Below, in pieces: positions 56,808-64,000 of a stretch of 64,000 bases of DNA (the first letter of the stretch is position 1; each line of letters begins with the position of its first letter). This DNA comes from Alistipes sp. (GTDB lineage Bacteria > Bacteroidota > Bacteroidia > Bacteroidales > Rikenellaceae), in contig JAGBCY010000003.1 in assembly GCA_017937765.1 (NCBI GenBank), positions 40,550 through 104,549 on the forward strand, in the 5' to 3' direction. The translations under genes were made by a program, and so were the position numbers. The notes beneath the pieces are model-generated. The model was not told the origin of the DNA, ran no database searches, and saw only the letters and a program-made list of their open reading frames with translations.

Positions 56808-59429
56808 TTAGTCGAGGTTAAGGGCGTCGCAGCCACGGATATCCTGTGTTGAGTCGTAGATAAGCTCGTAGTAGCCCATCTCGATGTAGGGACATACGCT
56901 CGAAAGGTCGATCGAGATGTTGGGGTTGTCCTTAATCTCGAAGAGTAGGATGTAGGGCGAGATGGTATCCTCGATCTTACGCAGGTCGTTCGAGCCGATG
57001 TAGAACGCCGACATTCGCGGACACTGGCCGATGCCCGTGGGCCACTCGCGAAGCGTGCGGTTACCCTCGTCGTCGCGCTGCTGACGTATGCTCATCACCG
57101 TGAGCGAGTTGATCGAAAGTGGTGCATAGGGGAACTCCGCAAAGGCGTTGCTCGAGAGGTCGATGCCGTAGAGATAGGGGATGTTCGACGCGCTGAAGTC
57201 GTCGTAGGGGAGCTCCGATAGACGGTTGTAGCTCAGGTCGATAGTCGTCAGATGCTCGCTGTTAGCACCGCGAAGTGCTCCCTCCTCGATGCGGCGCATA
57301 CCGTTACCGCCGAGCATCAACGTCTGGATGATCGAGCCCGAGCCGATGAGTCGCTTGGGAAGCTCCTCGAAGCGGTTATTTGCGAGGTTGAGCGTCGCGC
57401 TGTTTATGCCACGCCACTGGTCGCAGTTCTCGAGCGACGTGATGCGGTTGTTCGAGAAGTTAACGGTCTGCATAACATATACCGAGCGCGCGGTGAAGAT
57501 ATCAGGCAGCACGGTGAGTTGGTTGCCCGAGCACGAGAAGGTCTCCATCTGGCTCACGCCCACGAAGTAGCCATCTGGGGCAGCGTGGAGCTCGGTGATG
57601 CGGTTGTTGTCGAGGTAGATTGTCGCGGGGGTGATCTCCTTACCGAAGGGGTGGGCAACCTCGAGTTGGTTGTTTGTGCAGTCCAGTAGACCGAGCTTGG
57701 TCATACGCTTGAGGTAGTCGTGCGAGGGTGTCTCGCGGAGGTTGTTATATCCGAGGTAGAGGATCTGAATCGTCGCACCCGAGGCTCCGTCGATGATCGC
57801 CTCCCAGTCGGTCTTTAGCTGCTCGCCCGTAATCGTGCGGTTGAGGGCTACGTTGAGCGACTGGATGTTGGGAAGCTCGGTGAGGAGCTCGAGGGGTAGG
57901 CGCGTGAGCTTCGGACAGTTGTAGATCTCCACGTCGGTGAGGTTCTTAAACTCGCTCCAGCTCCACGACTCCTGCTCGGCATAGAACTCCGACGCGGGGT
58001 CAACGTCGATAAAGAACTCCTCGACCGTGATTGGCGAGTTGGCGATGAAGAGCTGCTCGAGCTGCGTGAGGCGCATCACGGCGCGCGAGATGGCGGTGAT
58101 GCCGTTGGTGTAGTTGCCAAAGGCTACATCGCGACGCACGGGCGTGGCGAATATCGAGGGCTGTGCAGGATCGCTGTTAATCGCACGCTTAAGCTCTGGA
58201 CTTAAGCCCTCGCGACCGTCGTGCTGGAGCATCTTACGCTCATAGTCGTAGGCGTCGATGCGGCCATCAACAAGCCCATTGTCGAAGCCACCGATAAGCT
58301 CGTTGTGGTTACCGAGGTAGAGCACACGGAGCTCCGTGAGCTGGCCGATGGCATCGGGAACTATGCCGCGCGCGCCGAAGCCCGAGATATTGAGCGACAC
58401 TACGCGGCCGTTGCCGTCGAGCGTGACGCCCGGCTGCTGGCCCCACATATCCTTATCCTTGTTGAAATCCCAGTTGGCACCCGCCACGTACTCCTCGCCG
58501 TGGAATGTCCAGTTAGGACCATCGAGCGCGAGCCATATCTCGCGTAGTGCCTCGTAGTCGCGGATGTGTGCCGCCGTTTCTGTTAGGATGATAGGCACAG
58601 CAACATCCTTCGTCGTGGTGTTGTCGCTAACCGAAAACTCGACTCCGAGATCTGCAATCGACGTAGTAGAGAGGCGGTTACGGCCGCGAGTGTCGGAGTA
58701 GGTGGTATATTCCGTGATGGTGTAGTTGCCGGCCTCGATCCACAGTGCCGTGTCGCACACCGCACGCGAGGTGAGGTGGTTACGGTCGCCATAGAGCTCC
58801 TCGTCGAGTGAACCTTCGCCAAACTCCTCCACGTAGGTCACGGGCAGATGCTCGAAGGTGGTCGACACGCGCGAGAACTTATTTCTAACGGTGATATCCA
58901 CCGTGCGAATCGCCGAGAAGAGGTAGTCGTCGCCGCTACGCGTGAGCTCCTTCTCGAGCACAAACGACACCTTGCCGCGTTCGACGCACTCCACGCCTAT
59001 ATCCTTCATAGTGAGGCCTCCGCTCACGACGTTAAACGAACCGACGGCATCGCCCGCCAGAAGCTCCTCGTCGAGGTTGTCGTAGAGGTAGTAGCCGATG
59101 ACGGTGTAGTCGCCAGCAAGTAGGCGTAGCTTCTCGCTACGCAGACCCCACTCGGCTGTCTCCTTGTCGTAGCTCGAGAGGGGGAGGGTCTGCTGTATCG
59201 TCGAGCCCTCGTGCTGCATAACGACGGTTATCTTCGATGCCTCCGAGAGCCACTCCAAGATATCCGTGGCACGTGACGCGGTATCCTCCGTCGCGCTCAT
59301 CTTCACGACCTTAAACTGCACGTAGCCGTACTGAGCCTCGGTCGTGTCGCCATCGCGCTCACAGCCATAGGCCACAAGAAGCGCAGCAGCGGCAACGATG
59401 CTCCATACTCGGTTTATTATCCTATTCAT
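56808..59429 (-). CDS. DUF4458-like leucine-rich-repeat lipoprotein
   Basis: Lipobox AYGC; YGYVQFK; DYEALREIWLALDG..W; many LxxLxLxxN repeats. Confidence 0.8.
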   Translation of the reverse strand: MNRIINRVWSIVAAAALLVAYGCERDGDTTEAQYGYVQFKVVKMSATEDTASRATDILEWLSEASKITVVMQHEGSTIQQTLPLSSYDKETAEWGLRSEKLRLLAGDYTVIGYYLYDNLDEELLAGDAVGSFNVVSGGLTMKDIGVECVERGKVSFVLEKELTRSGDDYLFSAIRTVDITVRNKFSRVSTTFEHLPVTYVEEFGEGSLDEELYGDRNHLTSRAVCDTALWIEAGNYTITEYTTYSDTRGRNRLSTTSIADLGVEFSVSDNTTTKDVAVPIILTETAAHIRDYEALREIWLALDGPNWTFHGEEYVAGANWDFNKDKDMWGQQPGVTLDGNGRVVSLNISGFGARGIVPDAIGQLTELRVLYLGNHNELIGGFDNGLVDGRIDAYDYERKMLQHDGREGLSPELKRAINSDPAQPSIFATPVRRDVAFGNYTNGITAISRAVMRLTQLEQLFIANSPITVEEFFIDVDPASEFYAEQESWSWSEFKNLTDVEIYNCPKLTRLPLELLTELPNIQSLNVALNRTITGEQLKTDWEAIIDGASGATIQILYLGYNNLRETPSHDYLKRMTKLGLLDCTNNQLEVAHPFGKEITPATIYLDNNRITELHAAPDGYFVGVSQMETFSCSGNQLTVLPDIFTARSVYVMQTVNFSNNRITSLENCDQWRGINSATLNLANNRFEELPKRLIGSGSIIQTLMLGGNGMRRIEEGALRGANSEHLTTIDLSYNRLSELPYDDFSASNIPYLYGIDLSSNAFAEFPYAPLSINSLTVMSIRQQRDDEGNRTLREWPTGIGQCPRMSAFYIGSNDLRKIEDTISPYILLFEIKDNPNISIDLSSVCPYIEMGYYELIYDSTQDIRGCDALNLD

Positions 59430-59456
59430 CTTACTATTAGCTTGTTAATGAAGTTG

Positions 59457-61007
59457 CTATTCGGTTGGGGGTGTTACGACGAGGAGCTTCTTAGCAACGC
59501 CGTCGAGCTTGAACACCACGTAGACCTCCTCGCTAAAGCCCTCGCTCGGGCCGAAGAGCTGCGCTGCCATCACCTCATCCTTGTTTTCACCCATCTCGTA
59601 CTCGCCCTCGCTGGTCTTGAGTCGCTCGCCACGGTACCAGAACTCGGCCGAGGCGCGACCCTCGGTGAAGGTATCCGTCGTCCAGCTCTCGATGCGTGGG
59701 TCGATGATGATGCTCGGGGTCTTGCCATCGCGCGGTAGCGGGAAGGGGCAGGTGAATGCCTCCTCGGCACCGTACGTCGCAATGACATCGGCATCGGTGT
59801 AGCTCGTGCACGGTATCTCGTAGGTTGTCAACGAGTGGTAGACGTAGATACCCTCGTAGGGGCTACGCTCGTTAAAATCCTTCTGCGTAAACTCGATGAG
59901 CACGAAGGGGAGATAGTCGTATACCACGGTCTCGAGACCTATGCCAGAGGTGTAGTCGAGCTCGAAGATATTGCCCTTGATGTCGGCGCGTATCTTGTTA
60001 TACGTACCGCGCGGGATGGCCATAACCATACCGTGGCGCGTGCTGTTAGTTGCCTTGACCTTGAGAGTCGAGGTCTCCTTGTTGAACTCCATCCAGTCGA
60101 CATCGACCTCGTAGGTGGGGATGCCACGATCGACAACTTTCTCGAAGAGGAGAATCTCGTAGTCGTGCTTAAAGGATGTAATCGAGAACTCGAGGCCATC
60201 CTCGAAGGTCACGGCCGTGCCTGTCGACTCATCCGTCTGACGGAAGCTCTTGCCGTCGAGCGATACCTCCCAGCCGAAGTTGTTGGCTGTGGGACCCTCG
60301 AACGTGAGCGCGAAGTTACTCATACCGTTGTACTCGATGGGGAAGTCGAAGGTGGTCTCGCCGCTCTCGTCGGAGAAGGTGATGTAGTGACCCTCGTCCT
60401 TCTTGAAGGGGAACTGCTCGCGCACGCCGTCCGCGATGATTCGTACCATAGCCTCGGTCTGCTCGCCCGGCACGCCCGTTACAGCATCGCCCTCGAACTC
60501 AATCCACTCGGGATAGTCGACCAGCGCGAAGCGGAAGTTAGCCTCGATACGGAAGGGTATCCAGTCGATATATCCGATCTCGACAGCCTCGATAGGCGTG
60601 TCGGTGATGTCGTATATGCGCATATAGAGCTTGTTGGGGCCGCGCTCGACGGTGGCGATGATGCCGATGTTCGAGCCCATCTTCATAGTGATGTTAGCAA
60701 ACGTGGGCTCATTCTTGATGTTTTCGTCGGTGATACGCAGGGTTACGGTGTGCGAGCCGGCCTTGCCCGACATATCCTGCACCTCGCCTGCCGAGGTGAT
60801 AAACTTACACCACGTGACGTCGGACGACAGCTGCCAGTTGCCCTCGACATAGAACGAGAGCGTGGGGCGGTCGCCGGCGTTACAAATGATATGCTTGGCA
60901 TTGGGAATCTCGCCTATGTAGGGCTGCTCCTTCTTGCACGATGACGCTCCAAGCACGAGTATGAGGCTAAGAAGCGACAGATGTTTGATTAATGATGTTA
61001 CCTTCAT
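59457..61007 (-). CDS. Lipoprotein with N-terminal BACON-like domain
   Basis: Lipobox GASSC; WQLSSDVTWCKF; position within the SusC/D locus. Confidence 0.7.
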   Translation of the reverse strand: MKVTSLIKHLSLLSLILVLGASSCKKEQPYIGEIPNAKHIICNAGDRPTLSFYVEGNWQLSSDVTWCKFITSAGEVQDMSGKAGSHTVTLRITDENIKNEPTFANITMKMGSNIGIIATVERGPNKLYMRIYDITDTPIEAVEIGYIDWIPFRIEANFRFALVDYPEWIEFEGDAVTGVPGEQTEAMVRIIADGVREQFPFKKDEGHYITFSDESGETTFDFPIEYNGMSNFALTFEGPTANNFGWEVSLDGKSFRQTDESTGTAVTFEDGLEFSITSFKHDYEILLFEKVVDRGIPTYEVDVDWMEFNKETSTLKVKATNSTRHGMVMAIPRGTYNKIRADIKGNIFELDYTSGIGLETVVYDYLPFVLIEFTQKDFNERSPYEGIYVYHSLTTYEIPCTSYTDADVIATYGAEEAFTCPFPLPRDGKTPSIIIDPRIESWTTDTFTEGRASAEFWYRGERLKTSEGEYEMGENKDEVMAAQLFGPSEGFSEEVYVVFKLDGVAKKLLVVTPPTE

Positions 61008-61130
61008 ATCTGTTATTTTTATTTGTCTCTCAATGTTTTATCTGCGGTATCGTTATCTTTATCACGCCCACTTACAACGGCAGTACCCTGCCCACTTACC
61101 ACGGCCAGAGTCAGCACTCCGCCCCTGTAT

Positions 61131-62009
61131 CTAAAAACCTTCGCGGAGGATGCGCTCGGCCTCGTCGTCGGATATCCACTCGAGGATGTTGACGTAGGTG
61201 CCTACGGTACCAACGCCCTCGACATACATCGTAGTGTAGAGCACGAGGAACTTCTCGCAGGTGCCGTAGTACGAGACGTAGCCCGTGGGTGTCATCATCT
61301 CGAGCTTGCCGTTGCCATATATTGTACCGAAGGCCTCGCCCGTAGAGCCTATGGTGTGGGGCTCCATCTCGACGATGGGGTTGAGGCGATCCTCGGTAAG
61401 GAGCTTGAGTTCTACGTCGTAGCCCGTGTAGAACATATCCTCTACTATGATTACGTTCTCGTTGCTCTCTGACCTCTTGGTCTTTACCAGACGCGCATCG
61501 GCACCCATATACTGCATTATCCACGAGGATGTTAGCTTGCAGTAGCCCGTGAACATATCGAGGTCCGCGGGGCAGCACTTGTGCAAGATCACCTCGGTGT
61601 CGGTGCCATACTCATCCCAGATGTTCTCCTTGTCGACAACAAGACGCAGTGTGATGCTTGGTGTGTCGCTCGTGGCGATATTCTCGGGGTTGCCCTTAAT
61701 GCGCACGGCCGTGCTAAGCTCTCCACGCGGGATGCGTAGCGTGTAGGACTCCACGGCGTAGTGCAAGCCCTCGATGGCACTGCTGCTTGCGGCAACGACC
61801 TCCACGCCGATGGTGCGGTCGTAGTCCACAGCGCGTGTCGCGGAGATGGGTATCTCGAACCACTCCTCGCTGTCGAGGATGCCGAGGTCGTGGCTCTCGG
61901 CCGAGAACATAATGTAGTCGGGACCCGAGTAGGTGGGGTAGTCGGCATTGCATCCCACCGCGAGAATCAGGGCTCCCGTAGCTATTGTTATAAGATGTCT
62001 GATATTCAT
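61131..62009 (-). CDS. DUF4984-like lipoprotein
   Basis: Lipobox LAVGC; YSGPDYIMFS, DRTIGVEV, AIEGLHY, WISDDEAE; directly after susD. Confidence 0.75.
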   Translation of the reverse strand: MNIRHLITIATGALILAVGCNADYPTYSGPDYIMFSAESHDLGILDSEEWFEIPISATRAVDYDRTIGVEVVAASSSAIEGLHYAVESYTLRIPRGELSTAVRIKGNPENIATSDTPSITLRLVVDKENIWDEYGTDTEVILHKCCPADLDMFTGYCKLTSSWIMQYMGADARLVKTKRSESNENVIIVEDMFYTGYDVELKLLTEDRLNPIVEMEPHTIGSTGEAFGTIYGNGKLEMMTPTGYVSYYGTCEKFLVLYTTMYVEGVGTVGTYVNILEWISDDEAERILREGF

Positions 62010-62016
62010 AGCGTTA

Positions 62017-63543
62017 CTATTTGTTGCTGTCGTTAGGTAGTATCATCGAACCGGGAGACTCGAGCTCGTGCTGGGGTATGGGCCATACGAAGAGGGGGTC
62101 GTCGGCCTCGACCTTGAGCGACGAGCCGCTCTCTATCGACTCGCTCTGGGGCTTACGCTCGAAGCCCTTATGCCAGCGTTTGAGGTCCATAAGTCGGAAG
62201 CCCTCCATATAGAGCTCCTTGACACGCTCCTCCTCGATAATCTGCATAGCATCCTTCTCCGTGAGCGTCACGCCACCGCCAAACGACAGGTAGCGTGCCG
62301 AGCGTAACGTGGCGATATCCTCGCCTGCGCGGGCATAGTCACCTCGACCCTCGACGTATGCCTCGGCACGTATCAGGTACTGCTCCGCTAAACGCAGAGG
62401 CTTAGGCATCGATGTGTGGAGTATCTGGCTGTTGAAGAAGTTCATATTACCGAAATACTTTACCAGCAGCGGCCACGTAAGACCGTGGCTGTGCCCCGTG
62501 GTGTAGGTGTAGAAGTAGTTGCCATAGCGCAGGTCGTTGGCGTCGTAGAGGCTCAAGGCCCACTCACCGGGCACGTAGTCGGGCTTCATCGACGAGTAGT
62601 CGTAGTTGAAGAATATACGGCCCAACGCACCGCCATAGGAGTTAATCGTGAAGCCCACCTTCCAGATGATCTCCGAGGCGTCGTCGTACTGCCACATATA
62701 CGAGAAGTAGCTCATACCCGAGACATACTCCGTCGTGGCCGACGAGAGGATGTAGTAGCCGCTGTCGATTATCTTCGACGAGTACTCGATGGCAGCCTCG
62801 TAGTCCTTCATATAGAGTGCCACGCGCGCACGCAATGCGTAGGCTGTGTACTCGTTGAAGTAGGTGGCGTTGTAGATGTTACCTGCGAGCGACTCCTCGT
62901 CGATATCCAACAACTCGGCAGCCGTCTCCAAGTCCTCGATGACGCGCTCGTACGACTCCTCGAGCGAGGCACGCACCATAGGCTCGTCGGTGTTATACTT
63001 CGTGACCAGCACCACGCCGAGTTCCGAGGCGGCCTGCTCGGGACTCTCGTAGGCCTTGCAGTACATCTTGATAAGCTCGGAGTAGGCCAGCGCGCGGGCG
63101 AAGTATGCCTCGCCACAGATCTGGTTGAAGTTGTCGATCTCGGCATCTGTCGTGAGCGTCTGCTCCACACGTGGGGCGTACTCTAATAGGAAGTTAGCGC
63201 GTGCGATGACGGTGTAGAGTGCGGCGTAGACCGACGTGATCTCGGAGTTAGTGGCAAGGATATCCCAACGCCAGATGTTACCATAGGTGTTGGTATAGCC
63301 ATTGATGGCGTAGGCTAAATCGCACTGGATGTCGGGCAAGAGCGTCAGGTAGCCGCTATATAGCGCGCCGCTCTTGAAGGCGTCATAGACGCCGATGGCG
63401 GCTTGGTCGAGTTCCTCGAGCGTGTTGATAGCCTTATCCGCAGGGATGGCACTCTCGGGATACTTGTCCAAGCACGATGTCGAAGTAGTTGTAATGACGA
63501 TGGTCGTCAGTATGCCTGTAAGCAGTATAAGTGTCTTTCTCAT
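62017..63543 (-). CDS. RagB/SusD family nutrient-binding lipoprotein
   Basis: SCLDKYP, GEAYFARALAY, ALRARVALY, RLAEQYLIRAEA, ERVKELYMEGFRLMDLKRW, WPIPQHE. Confidence 0.93.
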   Translation of the reverse strand: MRKTLILLTGILTTIVITTTSTSCLDKYPESAIPADKAINTLEELDQAAIGVYDAFKSGALYSGYLTLLPDIQCDLAYAINGYTNTYGNIWRWDILATNSEITSVYAALYTVIARANFLLEYAPRVEQTLTTDAEIDNFNQICGEAYFARALAYSELIKMYCKAYESPEQAASELGVVLVTKYNTDEPMVRASLEESYERVIEDLETAAELLDIDEESLAGNIYNATYFNEYTAYALRARVALYMKDYEAAIEYSSKIIDSGYYILSSATTEYVSGMSYFSYMWQYDDASEIIWKVGFTINSYGGALGRIFFNYDYSSMKPDYVPGEWALSLYDANDLRYGNYFYTYTTGHSHGLTWPLLVKYFGNMNFFNSQILHTSMPKPLRLAEQYLIRAEAYVEGRGDYARAGEDIATLRSARYLSFGGGVTLTEKDAMQIIEEERVKELYMEGFRLMDLKRWHKGFERKPQSESIESGSSLKVEADDPLFVWPIPQHELESPGSMILPNDSNK

Positions 63544-63555
63544 AGTCGTGTGGGG

Positions 63556-64000
63556 TTAGAAGGTGAGGTCGATGCCTACGGAGTATTGGCGCGACATAGG
63601 GTACTGAGCCTTATAGACGTTCGACGACGACTCGGGGTCGATACCCGTGAAGGCGGTGAACGTAAAAAGGTTCTGGGCCTGAATATAGATGCGTGCTGCG
63701 GTGAAGAAGTTACTATTCTTCAGCACGTTCGACGGCAGCGAGTAGCCGAGCATCAAGTTCTTAAGGCGCAGGAACGAGGCATTCTCCAAGAAGCGCGAGT
63801 CCATCTGTGGCGTCACGCCATAGCGCGGGATGTCGGTCACGTCGCCCGGCTCCTTCCAGCGGTCGTAGAGCAGACGGCGCGACTGGTTGTAGACCGAGTA
63901 GAGACCGTTGCTCTCCTCGAAGAAGCGGTCGTTGTTGAACATCCAGCGGTCGGCAACCCACGCAAACTGTGCCGAGAGCGTGAGGCCCTTCCACGAGAGC
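63556..64000 (-). CDS. SusC/RagA TonB-dependent transporter, C-terminal part (start outside the window)
   Basis: RWKEPGDVTDIPR, FLENASFLRLKNLMLGY, QNLFTFT...GIDPE, YPMSRQYSVGIDLTF. Confidence 0.93.
   Translation of the reverse strand, partial: LSWKGLTLSAQFAWVADRWMFNNDRFFEESNGLYSVYNQSRRLLYDRWKEPGDVTDIPRYGVTPQMDSRFLENASFLRLKNLMLGYSLPSNVLKNSNFFTAARIYIQAQNLFTFTAFTGIDPESSSNVYKAQYPMSRQYSVGIDLTF

Noticed and set aside
61066-61108. Short direct repeat CCCACTTAC(A/C)ACGGC x2 in an intergenic gap
   Set aside because: Only two 15-bp copies; most simply a local duplication with no supportable function

Overview
Chromosomal window from a Bacteroidota genome. Gene content, TAnnTTTG promoters and the surface lipoprotein types suggest Rikenellaceae/Alistipes-like; this is inferred, not verified. 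Housekeeping and metabolic content: partial S9 dipeptidyl peptidase, tRNA-Met, htrA/degP, ftsB-like, queE, hpt, a complete [FeFe]-hydrogenase plus hydEGF cluster, yidC, pyrG, DUF349, ackA-ptb-buk, aroQ, a Wzx-type flippase, thiL, argR and potABCD. Accessory content: a WG-repeat protein plus receptor-like Ser/Thr kinase; a DUF6562/fimbrillin-like lipoprotein array with one split gene, compositional mosaicism and a 34-bp tandem repeat in its leader; a second lipoprotein array with a shared C-terminal domain and an unannotated 49-aa YxxP peptide; and a SusC/SusD locus carrying a subtilase and LRR proteins but no visible CAZyme. The best candidate for an undescribed system is a three-gene cassette between argR and potA: a self-cleaving XRE-S24 repressor, divergent from a 99-aa unknown gene and an intact large terminase, with no other phage genes. 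It may be a domesticated, DNA-damage-inducible packaging (GTA-like) or anti-phage module. All family calls come from motif reading, without database searches.
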